From Patescibacteria group bacterium (lineage in GTDB: Bacteria; Patescibacteriota; WWE3; JAMCXX01): 55,185 bases of DNA. The stretch is taken from positions 1-55,185 of the forward strand of contig JAMCXX010000004.1 in the NCBI GenBank assembly GCA_023474425.1, written 5' to 3'. The position numbers and the translations under genes were made by a program. Every line of letters begins with the position of its first letter. Positions within the stretch are counted from its first letter, which is position 1. The notes under the pieces were generated by a model. The model searched no databases. It saw only the letters and a program-made list of their open reading frames with translations, and had not been told where the DNA came from. This document shows positions 17,114-26,648 of the stretch, in pieces.

Positions 17114-17707
17114 ATGAAAAGAATTATCCTTTTTTCCACACCAACATCTGGCAATCTGGATAAGATTTTGAGTCTCGTCTTTCCAAAAGAAATGGAGCAT
17201 AAGGCATTTGCATACATGCCTAGTGATGGAGCGAATTGTCCACAAAAATATAGAGACGAATGGAAAAGTTATGCTGAAAAATATGATGCTGAGTTTAAAT
17301 ATATAGATAATTCCAAGGAAATCGCCGTTGATGAGGTTAACAAATTACTTGGAGCCAATATCTTAATTATTACCGGTGGAAATACCTTTAAACTCCTCGA
17401 TAATCTTCGAAAATCTGGACTAGATAAAGCAATAAAAGAATTTGCCAACAGAAATGAGTTTGTGTTAGCCGGGTTTAGTGCTGGTGCGTTGGTATTAACT
17501 CCTACTATTGAGGTTTGTAATTTACCTAATTACGACAAAAACGACGTTGGGTTGAAGGATTTAACTGGTCTTAACATTGTTAATTTTGAAGTATTTCCTC
17601 ACTACTCTGAACAGGAGCATAAAGATTTGTTAAGTGAATACAAGACTCATGCTAAAAATGAAGTTAAAGAGATTACAAACGAGGATTGTATAGTCTTAGA
17701 TCCTTAA
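17114..17707 (+). CDS. Peptidase S51 (peptidase E / class I glutamine amidotransferase-like)
   Basis: ITGGNTFKLL, GFSAGA nucleophile motif and PHY. Confidence 0.9.
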   Translation: MKRIILFSTPTSGNLDKILSLVFPKEMEHKAFAYMPSDGANCPQKYRDEWKSYAEKYDAEFKYIDNSKEIAVDEVNKLLGANILIITGGNTFKLLDNLRKSGLDKAIKEFANRNEFVLAGFSAGALVLTPTIEVCNLPNYDKNDVGLKDLTGLNIVNFEVFPHYSEQEHKDLLSEYKTHAKNEVKEITNEDCIVLDP

Positions 17708-17741
17708 AACTCGGGATACCTAGATGGTCTTTGAGCATCTG

Positions 17742-17890
17742 AAGTTGTAAAATCAAATCGGCTGTAATGTAATGGCGGAGACCAATTTTAACAGCAGTAA
17801 TAAGCGGGATGTGGGGGTCGAGTAGATACTGTTTGATATACTCGCCCTGGCTAAATAGGTCCGAGCCAATTACGTTATCCGGCTCCATAT
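17742..17890 (-). pseudogene. Orphan gene tail, copy 1 (…GSDLFSQGEYIKQYLLDP…KIGLRHYIT…LILQL)
   Basis: Direct repeat of 19197-19350. The 43-bp core at 17818-17860 differs from 19279-19321 at one base. Confidence 0.65.
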
Positions 17891-18019
17891 GAGAACGGTT
17901 TTGGCGCGGTTCAAAATCTCCCCTTAAAATCAAGTTTTCCCCGAGTTCGAGCCAAATTTTTTAGCAAAATTGTCTTAGCCTGGAAAAATTAGTTACTGGT
18001 GACGAGAGTCGGACCTATT

Positions 18020-19006
18020 TCAAGCGACTGCAGCTTCATTAAATTCCAATGAGAGTTGATCAGCGTCCATGGCTACATTCAAACCAATTGGCATAGGAAT
18101 ATCCACCGTTTTATGGCCAAAATCAACTGCTCCGATAATCGGGAATTTAAAATCTTTCAATACTTCCATAGCTATTTCTTTTGGTGAAGGTTCTTCGAGT
18201 CCTTCCCAAGACGTTCTTTTTACATCTGGTAATTTTCCGATTAACATTCCAGAAATTACCCCTAATATTCCAGAATACTTTAATTGATATAACCCTTTTT
18301 CAATTCTGTAAGATGATGTATTGTCAATTTCCCAAAACAAAATCCTTCCTTTTAATTCTTCTGGTTGTGGGAAATATTCTGTTCCAACCAGAGAAGATAA
18401 TATGCTTAAATTTCCACCGAATAATCTGCCACTAGCTTTTCCTACTCGCCAACACTCCCATTTGGTTAATGGTTGTATTTGACCCAAAGGAGTAGTTGAG
18501 GTGAGGATATTGAATAACAATCTTTTACCTTCTTCTTTTTTTTCTGGCAAAAACTGCTCCCAAACTCTTCCTAAGCTATAAGTTAAGAGTGGCCCGTGAA
18601 AACCAATAAGACCAGTTTTGGTGTGTAAGGCACAATGAATATTAGTAATATCGCTAAATCCGATAAACGGTTTCGGATTTGCTTTTACAGCTTCATAATC
18701 TATGTGTTCCAACGTGGCGATAGCTGATTGGCCTCCTTCATGAACAATGATTGCTTTCACCTCAGGGTCAATGAACATTGTGTTGATGTCACTTGCTCTT
18801 TCTTCTGGAGTTCCTGCAAACCACCACTTAGTTCGCTTGAGATTTTTTGCCTCTTTTGTTTTAAATCCGAGACTTTCAAGCTCGTTTACGCCCTTACGAT
18901 ACTGGTTAAAATAATCACTGTTTTGATCGGTGGGAAAGGGAAAAGAAGTTGCGACGACTCCAATTGTGTCACCACTAATAAGCCGGTTTGGTTTAAGTAT
19001 ATTCAT
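18020..19006 (-). CDS. S66 family LD-carboxypeptidase / MccF-like protein
   Basis: AGTPEERASD, NPKPFIGFSDIT, GRLFGGNLS, DFGH...PIG. Confidence 0.93.
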   Translation of the reverse strand: MNILKPNRLISGDTIGVVATSFPFPTDQNSDYFNQYRKGVNELESLGFKTKEAKNLKRTKWWFAGTPEERASDINTMFIDPEVKAIIVHEGGQSAIATLEHIDYEAVKANPKPFIGFSDITNIHCALHTKTGLIGFHGPLLTYSLGRVWEQFLPEKKEEGKRLLFNILTSTTPLGQIQPLTKWECWRVGKASGRLFGGNLSILSSLVGTEYFPQPEELKGRILFWEIDNTSSYRIEKGLYQLKYSGILGVISGMLIGKLPDVKRTSWEGLEEPSPKEIAMEVLKDFKFPIIGAVDFGHKTVDIPMPIGLNVAMDADQLSLEFNEAAVA

Positions 19007-19106
19007 ATCAAATTTCGGTCTCTGCGGCTAAGGTGTATCACGATTGTGCCATCAGTTCCCTAAAAGTAAGGTACGTTCGTCGTAGAGGTCATTCGGTACC
19101 CAAATA

Positions 19107-19350
19107 TTACCACTTTTTGCCGTCTTTTCTATATTTGCCGAAAACTTCAAAAAATAGAAATGGGTTAACTTTCTCCAAGTAGCCTTTAAAAACAGTAAGT
19201 TGTAAAATCAACTCAGACTGATCTGTAATGTAATATCGAAGACCGATTTTAATTTTAGAGATTAGAGATAAATCGGGATCGAGTAGATACTGTTTGATAT
19301 ACTCGTCCTGGCTAAATAGGTTTGAGCTGAGTACCGTCCCAAGCTCTAAT
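19107..19350 (-). pseudogene. Orphan gene tail, copy 2 (…SSNLFSQDEYIKQYLLDP…KIGLRYYIT…LILQL…KKW*)
   Basis: Manual translation gives an open frame of about 80 aa with no ATG, paralogous to 17742-17890. Confidence 0.65.
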
Positions 19351-19366
19351 TGAATGAAAAGTTGTT

Positions 19367-19915
19367 ATGAAAAACTTGCCGCCGTTTCCCCGAGGTTATT
19401 TCCAAAAATTCAGCACTAAGCCCGTTATCCTTAAGCCGTACGATCCAAAGTCTAAACAGATCTCCGATAAAATAATTAATAACCTGCAAGAAATTCTTAA
19501 AAATTACTCCGTAAAAATCATTCACCGCGGCTCAACCGCTTTTGGCATTGCCGGCAAAGGCGATATTGAAATCGGCGTTTATCCGTCGGCGGATGACTGG
19601 AAGGCAACCGTTGAAGCGGTCAGAGTGCATTTTGGGAACCCGCAAAACGTTGAATCTGACTATGTCCGATTCAACACGCGAAGCGGCGGTTTTGAGGTGG
19701 AAATCATATTACAGAACGGGGATTCAGCGAAAGTTGACTTGGCCCTTACCAATTACCTAAAAACGCATCCGCAGGCTTTAAAAGAGTACGGGAATATCAA
19801 GAAGAAGTTCGCCTACTCCAAACGGGAATATCAGATTCAGAAAGATAAGTTCTTAAGGGCAGTAGTCCGTTCCCTTCCCGAACCCGAACAAAGAACCGTC
19901 TTAAAAAATACCTAG
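19367..19915 (+). CDS. GrpB/UPF0157 family nucleotidyltransferase-like protein
   Basis: PYDP, HRGSTA.GIAGKGDIEI, YLKTHP....EY..IK, Y...K..F. Confidence 0.85.
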   Translation: MKNLPPFPRGYFQKFSTKPVILKPYDPKSKQISDKIINNLQEILKNYSVKIIHRGSTAFGIAGKGDIEIGVYPSADDWKATVEAVRVHFGNPQNVESDYVRFNTRSGGFEVEIILQNGDSAKVDLALTNYLKTHPQALKEYGNIKKKFAYSKREYQIQKDKFLRAVVRSLPEPEQRTVLKNT

Positions 19916-20054
19916 TTCTTCCTGCTCCCGACCAAATACCAAACCAATTGCTACAATGATAAGTATTAAAGCAAAGCATCAACCGGTCCGGAGTCAATCG
20001 AATCTATTCTGTTGACCGTTGTTAGTACACAACCATTTATATAATAACCTAGAT

Positions 20055-20708
20055 ATGAATAAATCTTTCAATAATCACTGGGTCGGTGTGTACCTAAAAG
20101 AATTCCTCAACTCTTTGCCAGTAAACTATGAATATTCGGTTATTGGCTCCGTGGCCCTCCTCTCATACACCCAAAAAATAGGCTACGAGCGCGAAATTCA
20201 CGATATTGACGTTATTTGCCAAGCGGAAGGATTTTCCCAAATTGCCAATAAACTTATCTCCCTCGGTTACGGGCAAGGAACTTTCGTCGACAAACGTATG
20301 CCTTTTTACAAAACCTTAATGCGCTTGGCCAAAAGCAAGTACTACCGATTCCAAAAGGAGGGACACGCCCTGGAACTCTTGACCACGCCGTTTAACAAAT
20401 TTGGAGATAAAATCTGTATTGAACTTTACCCCGGACTTAGGTTCCGGGTTCCGGAATCCTTTATCAGCGAAACCGCTTTTCAGGGTTTAAGTTTTAAAGC
20501 CGCCACTCCCGAAGCCCTATATTGTATTTGCAGCATCGGCTTTACCACCTGGGGCAAAGTTGTAAAAGTAAAGAACAACCAGGTGCTTGAAGATCTTAAA
20601 AATCTAAAAAAAGTTGTCGACACGAATTTACTTAAGGAAATGGCAAGTAAAGTAAGGGTTGAGATAGGCAAACTAAGTTTTAAACTCCCGCTAATGTTAA
20701 TCAGCTAA
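20055..20708 (+). CDS. Nucleotidyltransferase-fold hypothetical protein
   Basis: VIGSVAL...REIHDIDV (GS...DxD motif). Confidence 0.65.
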   Translation: MNKSFNNHWVGVYLKEFLNSLPVNYEYSVIGSVALLSYTQKIGYEREIHDIDVICQAEGFSQIANKLISLGYGQGTFVDKRMPFYKTLMRLAKSKYYRFQKEGHALELLTTPFNKFGDKICIELYPGLRFRVPESFISETAFQGLSFKAATPEALYCICSIGFTTWGKVVKVKNNQVLEDLKNLKKVVDTNLLKEMASKVRVEIGKLSFKLPLMLIS

Positions 20709-20737
20709 CTCTGATAAAATTAGTTGAGTATTGGTAT

Positions 20738-20795
20738 CTCCGAACACCTGTTCGGGATCCGGGACTACAGATTCCGGGTCAGGCCCGGAATGACG
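20738..20795. repeat. REP-like element ending TTCCGGG-TCAGG-CCCGGAATGACG
   Basis: Two hairpins and the ATGACG terminus shared by the family. Confidence 0.7.
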
Positions 20796-20804
20796 ATTGA
20801 ATAA

Positions 20805-21989
20805 ATGACCGAATATAAATTCGCGGACCGAGACACAAATGTTCCCGTTTCCGGCATTGGTGCCATGATGAATTACGGCGCCAAATACGCCGATGTTCTG
20901 TCTTTGGGCCAGGGCACGCCCATCTTTCCTACGCCCCAATTTATTTACGACTATGTTCATGAAAGAGCCAAATCCGACCCTTCCGTTGGTATGTACAGTA
21001 GCCCCAAAATAGAAAACGGGCTCAAGGAACTGATTATAAAAGAGATGGAACAGCTCTATGGTTTTAAGCCGATGTTAGACAACCTGACCCTGACGACTGG
21101 CGGTATTGGTGCGCTCTACTCCGCCATGATGGCCCTTGTGCAAAAAGGCGACGAGGTTATTTATTTTGACCCAAGCTACCCTTTGCACCTTTCCCAAATT
21201 CATCTGACGGAAGCCAAACCCGTCTTTGTTTCCTATAAAGAGGAATCCGGCTGGGCGTTGGATCTTGAAAGACTCAAGAATAGTGTCACTAAGAACACTA
21301 AAGCAATTATACTAACAAATCCCAATAACCCTACAGGTACGGTACTTTCCAAAGAAGAGGTTGAAGAAATTGCAAAAATAATTCTGGAAAATAATCTTAT
21401 TTTGATTCTTGACGAGGCCTACGACTTTTTAACTTATGGTAAGGAGCTCTATAGTCCCATGAAAATGCAGGAGATTAGAAATAATGTAATCCTTTGTAAA
21501 AGTTTTTCCAAAGAATTTGCCATGACTGGCTGGAGAATTGGCTACGCTTATGCAAATCCGGAAATAATTAAGAAGCTAAACGATGTACACACCTACTTTA
21601 GTATTAGCCCGGCTACGCCATCTATCGTTGCCGCCATTGCTGCCCTCTCCAACCCGCGCGGCCTCGAGGCCAAGGCCGGTTTTATTAAAGAATTTAGAGA
21701 AAGCCGGGAAACTATCTGCCAAAGGCTCGACCGGCTGCCCAAGCTTTTTTCGTACCAAAAACCTGCCGGCGCCTATTACGTTTTTCCTAAATATCTTAAT
21801 TTTGACCTTACCGCTTTGGAGTTTGCCAGGCACCTTGTTGACGAAGTCCGCGTTATTACCATCCCCGGAACGGCCATGGGACCGGCCGGAGTCAATCACT
21901 TAAGAATGTCTTTTGCGGCCAAATCCGACTACATTAACCGCTGTTTCGACCGGCTTGATCAATTTGCCAAAATCCATAATCTGAATTAA
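20805..21989 (+). CDS. PLP-dependent aminotransferase, class I/II
   Basis: NPNNPTG, DEAY, SFSKEFAMTGWRIG. Confidence 0.95.
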   Translation: MTEYKFADRDTNVPVSGIGAMMNYGAKYADVLSLGQGTPIFPTPQFIYDYVHERAKSDPSVGMYSSPKIENGLKELIIKEMEQLYGFKPMLDNLTLTTGGIGALYSAMMALVQKGDEVIYFDPSYPLHLSQIHLTEAKPVFVSYKEESGWALDLERLKNSVTKNTKAIILTNPNNPTGTVLSKEEVEEIAKIILENNLILILDEAYDFLTYGKELYSPMKMQEIRNNVILCKSFSKEFAMTGWRIGYAYANPEIIKKLNDVHTYFSISPATPSIVAAIAALSNPRGLEAKAGFIKEFRESRETICQRLDRLPKLFSYQKPAGAYYVFPKYLNFDLTALEFARHLVDEVRVITIPGTAMGPAGVNHLRMSFAAKSDYINRCFDRLDQFAKIHNLN

Positions 21990-21999
21990 AAATTAATCC

Positions 22000-22470
22000 G
22001 TGCCTCAATCAAACTTTCCCGGACTTTTCTATCTTGGACAAAAAATGGCGGTGCGAATCGTTGGCCCACAATACCCGCCACTACAATTAATTGACAACAG
22101 TTTTTACCTTTCCAGAACCCACGTTTATAAGTTGCGGGTTTTAATTACCGGCTGGTACCGCAGCGAATCCAAAAAAGTAATTTTGGAGAGATTAAAAGCC
22201 GTTTCGTCTAAATTTGGATTATCCTATCGCTCTGTGAAAATTACCGGCGCCAAAACTCGCTGGGGCTCCTGCGGCCGCAAAGGCAACCTAAACTTTAGCT
22301 GGAGGCTCGTTGCCGCGCCGCCCGAGGTTATTGACTATGTGATTATTCACGAACTGGCCCACACTCTTGAGCCAAACCATTCCCGTAAGTTTTGGCAAAC
22401 GGTCGCCCGTTTCTGCCCGGATTACAAAGAAAAAAGAGTGCGTCTAAAAACGGTTATTCCCTTGGCGTGA
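22000..22470 (+). CDS. YgjP/DUF45 family zinc metallohydrolase
   Basis: KTRWGSC, IDYVIIHELAH, NHSRKFW. Start position uncertain. Confidence 0.88.
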   Translation: MPQSNFPGLFYLGQKMAVRIVGPQYPPLQLIDNSFYLSRTHVYKLRVLITGWYRSESKKVILERLKAVSSKFGLSYRSVKITGAKTRWGSCGRKGNLNFSWRLVAAPPEVIDYVIIHELAHTLEPNHSRKFWQTVARFCPDYKEKRVRLKTVIPLA

Positions 22471-23167
22471 CGCCGTAAATGGTTAGAGGCGTGCCGAGAT
22501 TATTATCCGCGGCGTAAGTTACGTTGCCGGCAGTTGGCGGGTCGGCCCAATTGTAAAGCTTCTCGGCGTTAGGAATGCTTATATTAATACAGCCGTGGCT
22601 CATGGGATGACCAAAATTATTGTGCCAGTAGGCCCCGTGCAAGCCGAATCCGCGCCACTTGGAAATTTCGTCATTGTAAAAATACATGGTAAAAGGCACA
22701 TTGGGCAGGTCGTAATAGGTGTGAATGGCCGGATTGCCTCCGGTCATCCGCGTGTAGCGCAGTTTAATCCAAATTCTAAAATCGCCGGTGGGTGTTGGGT
22801 ACCACTTGCCCGAAGAAATAGGAAAAGAAAAAACTTCCCTGTCCCCCTCCTTGGCATAAAGCATTTGGTGGGTTAAATCCACATAAATATGTTTGTTAGG
22901 CGCCGAACTTTCCCCCAAAACCGGCGGCGGTTTGACGGCGGCTATTTCTTTAGGCACGTCCACCTCGATGCCTTCAAAAACTCCCTCTTTCGGTGACGCT
23001 TCATACTTGCCCGTAAGGTTCCCTAAACAGCTTAGGGAATTGGCGCAAACGGTGCCGGCATTTTTCTTTGAAAGACGATTGAGACCGGGTAAAATAGCAA
23101 AAACCGAAAGTGAAAAAACGCTTAACAGGAAAATAGCTAAAAGAATCTTATTGGAACCGTTTCTCAT
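22454..23167 (-). CDS. L,D-transpeptidase (YkuD family)
   Basis: TPTG.F and the catalytic motif HGAYWHNNFGHPMSHGC; N-terminal anchor. Confidence 0.93.
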   Translation of the reverse strand: MRNGSNKILLAIFLLSVFSLSVFAILPGLNRLSKKNAGTVCANSLSCLGNLTGKYEASPKEGVFEGIEVDVPKEIAAVKPPPVLGESSAPNKHIYVDLTHQMLYAKEGDREVFSFPISSGKWYPTPTGDFRIWIKLRYTRMTGGNPAIHTYYDLPNVPFTMYFYNDEISKWRGFGLHGAYWHNNFGHPMSHGCINISIPNAEKLYNWADPPTAGNVTYAADNNLGTPLTIYGVTPRE

Positions 23168-23266
23168 ACCTAATTCGACCTAAAAATTAAAATCTTAAAA
23201 ACAATTATAGTTCGAGTTCCCTCCAGAAACAATCCTCAAACCAAATTATCCTGTACCGTCCACCGT

Positions 23267-23295
23267 TTGACAAAATTGTCCCATTGACCTATAAT
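23267..23295 (+). promoter_or_regulatory. Sigma70-type promoter for the VanW gene
   Basis: Perfect TTGACA-17 bp-TATAAT. Confidence 0.8.
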
Positions 23296-23337
23296 ATAAT
23301 TATGTCTAGATAGCCCAAGGGGCTATTTTTTGTTGTT

Positions 23338-24009
23338 ATGACAATATATTCTTTTTCCAGCCAAGCTATAGCTTCCCTACTCTTAATACCGGGTTTGCTG
23401 GGCTTCAATGCCACACCGGAAAAAATTCTGGCCGGTCATAAAATGGACCTTAATAACCGTTATTCGGTATCCTCGGTCAATCTCGTTTTTAAAGACAACA
23501 TTCTTTTAACTCTTAATAATTTGGAGGGCGGCACCGAAAGCCGGGCGGAAAAAGTCGTCTGGAATGAAGTCATACAGTCCAAAGATTTTAGTTTCACGCT
23601 AAACCCCGGCCAAGTATTTGCTTTCCACGACTCAATCCTGCCGGAGTTTAAAAACAGGGTGGTTAAAACTACCGAGTCTCATTTTAGCGGTGAAGAAGGT
23701 TTTAAAAGCGACGGCTACCTTTTTGGCGACGGGGTTTGCCATCTGGCTTCGCTTATTTACTGGACTGCCAAAGATGCCGGTCTTGAAACCGTAGCTCCAA
23801 CCAACCATAACTTTGCAAGAATCAACGGCATACCGCGGGATTACGGTGTTTCTATTTACTCTAACCCTCTTTTACCAAACATTAGCGCCAACCAAAATCT
23901 TTATGTGGCCAATAATTTTTCCCTACCCGTTAGTTTTAACTTCCAATACCAGGACGGCATTCTTTACTTCTCTATCTCAATTCCCAACCCAACCGGAAAG
24001 TCTGTCTGA
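23338..24009 (+). CDS. VanW family protein
   Basis: GDGVCHLASLIY..A..AGL, NH, and a NLY..NN...P pattern. Confidence 0.75.
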   Translation: MTIYSFSSQAIASLLLIPGLLGFNATPEKILAGHKMDLNNRYSVSSVNLVFKDNILLTLNNLEGGTESRAEKVVWNEVIQSKDFSFTLNPGQVFAFHDSILPEFKNRVVKTTESHFSGEEGFKSDGYLFGDGVCHLASLIYWTAKDAGLETVAPTNHNFARINGIPRDYGVSIYSNPLLPNISANQNLYVANNFSLPVSFNFQYQDGILYFSISIPNPTGKSV

Positions 24010-24195
24010 CATCGGAAAATAACATCCATAAAAACTTGAGAATGTTGGTATAAAAAGCGAAAAGAAAAATAATTCTTGACCTCCAATAATTTCCCCAAAA
24101 ATTCTTTGCCAGAATTTACACAAATTCTACCTTGGTAAAAAAATCTTCTTGACAGACTTTGGGGGTGTGCTACAACTCCATATCATAAAGATTTT

Positions 24196-25344
24196 ATGGA
24201 ACCGGAAAGAGACAAACCCCACACTATCGTTGAAACAACTATAACCCCGTCGCAAAGGGCGGAAAAAATTATTCCCCGCGGCGTTAGGGCCATGCTTCCC
24301 CACGGCGGACTGCCCGAATCCGTCTCCCTTTACCTTTTGGAATTAATTGAAAAAACCGGCGGCCGAAAAGGACCTTTGGGGCTTCAATTCCTTGCCCAGC
24401 CGGAACTGGAAAAAAAATATTATCAAATTAAGGCGCTGGACCCATTAATCGAAGACGAGCACGAGGTGGCCCCGGGCCTTGTTTACAAATACCGCGGCAA
24501 GCTTAACAAAAACAAACATGTTGTTACTCACGGACGCGTTTTGTGGACAATCACCCGTTTTTGCTCAACATACTGCCGTTTTTGCACCCGCGGCCGAGAG
24601 GTTGGCATTCCGCCAAACGTAAAGGGCTACAACCACTCTACCATTTCCCGCAAACCGTATTTGGATGATAACGAAATCGAACAGGTTTTCAATTTTCTTC
24701 GTGATCGTAAAGAGATTAATGAGGTGATTTTATCGGGCGGAGACCCTTTGACCTGCCCCCAAAACTACCTTACTAAGGTTTTTGAGGGACTCTCCAAACT
24801 CCAGAAAGAGGGTCACATAGACATTATTCGTCTGGGCACCCGCCTGCCGGTTCACAACCCCCCGGCCGTCCAAAACTGGCATTATGAACTTTTAAGGCTA
24901 ATTCAAAACCCTTATTTAATGGTTCACATTAATCACCCGTTTGAACTCACCCCTCAAACTTTAAACGTGCTTAATAATTTTAGAAGAATTGCCCAAGCTG
25001 TGGTGATGAGCCAATCGGTTCTTTTAAAAGGGATCAACGACAATGTGCAAACTCTCCACGACCTTTTTGTGAAAATGGCGGCGGAGGGAATCAGACCATA
25101 CTATATCTATCAGAATGACCCCGTTTACTGGGCGTCCCACTTTACCGTGCCTCCCAAAAGAGCCATAAAAATTTGGCAAAGCCTAAGACCAAAACTTTCC
25201 GGTGTGGCCGCCACGGCGCGGCTGGTGATTGACACGCCTTTTGGCTTTGGCAAGGTGGCCGTACCCGAAGGCAACGCATGGGAAGTAAACTTTAAATCCT
25301 ACAAAGACTTCAAGGGCCAAAGGCATGAGTTAGCCCGGAAATGA
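24196..25344 (+). CDS. KamA family radical SAM protein (lysine 2,3-aminomutase/EpmB-like)
   Basis: CSTYCRFCTR, LSGGDPL, IRLGTR.PV, HINHP.E, QSVLLKGIND, DTPFGFGK. Confidence 0.92.
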   Translation: MEPERDKPHTIVETTITPSQRAEKIIPRGVRAMLPHGGLPESVSLYLLELIEKTGGRKGPLGLQFLAQPELEKKYYQIKALDPLIEDEHEVAPGLVYKYRGKLNKNKHVVTHGRVLWTITRFCSTYCRFCTRGREVGIPPNVKGYNHSTISRKPYLDDNEIEQVFNFLRDRKEINEVILSGGDPLTCPQNYLTKVFEGLSKLQKEGHIDIIRLGTRLPVHNPPAVQNWHYELLRLIQNPYLMVHINHPFELTPQTLNVLNNFRRIAQAVVMSQSVLLKGINDNVQTLHDLFVKMAAEGIRPYYIYQNDPVYWASHFTVPPKRAIKIWQSLRPKLSGVAATARLVIDTPFGFGKVAVPEGNAWEVNFKSYKDFKGQRHELARK

Positions 25345-25391
25345 CATTGGGCCGACTAAAAACCTAGCTACTTTGTACCTTCTGACCTAAT

Positions 25392-25853
25392 CTAGTGAGT
25401 GAGACCGGGGCTTAAATAAAGAAGGGAGATTAAAAGAACAATCTGCAATGTTACCAAAACCGAAAGAATGACCACAAATTTGCCCAACCTGGCCGGGCTC
25501 GATACTGCCGGTTCGAGCTTCTTTGTCTCCCGCTCCTCCAACTTTTTAGGCGGTGTTGCCGACTTAGATGTTTTTGCATATTTTGAAGGCTTAGAGGGCG
25601 CCGCCGGAATTTCCGGCGCAGCATAGTTCTTAACAAATTCCTGTACGGCCGGTCTGCCCGACGCTTCCGAAACCGCCACGGCTGCCTTTGCCCGAGAAAC
25701 TCCCGAATTCTCCGCTTGAGCTTTTAATTTCGGTAAAACATTTTTCTTATTTTCGGCCGGGTCGGGTGTAACCGTAGCCAAAGGCACGACAGGCGGCACG
25801 TACTCCGAAATCTTTTGGGTATTCTTAAACTTGGTCATAATTTCTGCGGACAA
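25392..25853 (-). CDS. Hypothetical Pro/Ala/Lys-rich protein with a C-terminal TM helix
   Basis: ORF fills the gap between genes and has a hydrophobic C-terminus. Confidence 0.65.
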   Translation of the reverse strand: MSAEIMTKFKNTQKISEYVPPVVPLATVTPDPAENKKNVLPKLKAQAENSGVSRAKAAVAVSEASGRPAVQEFVKNYAAPEIPAAPSKPSKYAKTSKSATPPKKLEERETKKLEPAVSSPARLGKFVVILSVLVTLQIVLLISLLYLSPGLTH

Positions 25854-25886
25854 ATATATTACCGCAATTGTAGCAGATTGTTAACT

Positions 25887-26564
25887 TTAAGAGACTTTAA
25901 AAATAATCCCGACCAAATAGCCGGCCAGAGCCGAGACCGTACCAATAACCGCCATCTCTAAACCGCTCTTCAAAGGTTTTCCGACCGTTTGCCGCGCTTT
26001 ATAGGCGCCGACCAAGAGTAAAGTGAGCGCCGCCAAAAAAACGGAGACAAAAAGAGAAAGACGGAGAGGCAGAAAAATAAACGGCAGAAGGGGAATTAAA
26101 GAACCGACCACTGCCGAAGCTCCGACCAGCACGGAAGAGGCCAAAAGAGTGCTTTTAGCCACCGGTTCCAGTTTTAGCTCCTCTCTCATCATAACCTCCA
26201 ACCAGACTTTTGGATTACTCACAATTTTTGCCACCACTTCCTCCAAAAGCGGTCCGTCAAAACCGCGTTCGCGATAAATCTGACGAATTTCTTCTACCTC
26301 CTGTGAGGGTACGTCCTTCATTTCACGCGTCTCGCGATTTACCTCCGATTCGTAGAAATCTGCCCGAGCCCTTTTACTGGTATAGGCCACGGCGGCCATG
26401 GAAATACTTTCGGCAAAAGTAGCGGACAACCCGGCGGCGATTACCAGACGCGGCGACTGCGAGGCGGCGGCAACCCCCAAAATCACACCCAAAACGTTAA
26501 CCAATCCGTCCTGACCCCCCAAAATAATATCAGTTAGGCGAAACTCCGTGCGGTGCTGTTCCAT
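25887..26564 (-). CDS. VIT1/CCC1 family iron/manganese transporter
   Basis: DIILGGQDGLV, AESISMAAVAY, MMREEL. Start set at MEQH. Confidence 0.93.
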   Translation of the reverse strand: MEQHRTEFRLTDIILGGQDGLVNVLGVILGVAAASQSPRLVIAAGLSATFAESISMAAVAYTSKRARADFYESEVNRETREMKDVPSQEVEEIRQIYRERGFDGPLLEEVVAKIVSNPKVWLEVMMREELKLEPVAKSTLLASSVLVGASAVVGSLIPLLPFIFLPLRLSLFVSVFLAALTLLLVGAYKARQTVGKPLKSGLEMAVIGTVSALAGYLVGIIFKVS

Positions 26565-26648
26565 ATAACCCTTTAAGACTAGCTTAAAACGAGGTCTTCT
26601 GACAAGAACTTTACTAATGAGACCCAAACATCTACCATTTAAATAATT

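Noticed and set aside
16063-17245. ORFs 16063-16353, 16984-17217 and 16997-17245 on the minus strand
   Set aside because: They are antisense to tRNA-Asp and tRNA-Gly; the TGLEPAT and TGIGPVS peptides are typical tRNA shadow translations.
17828-17846. E. coli-type LexA box (TACTGTTTGATATACTCG)
   Set aside because: The right half lacks CAG, and the site lies within a repeated coding tail rather than a promoter.
19010-19106. Possible structured leader RNA upstream of the S66 peptidase
   Set aside because: Only short, weak stems are present, with no second copy or recognisable motif.
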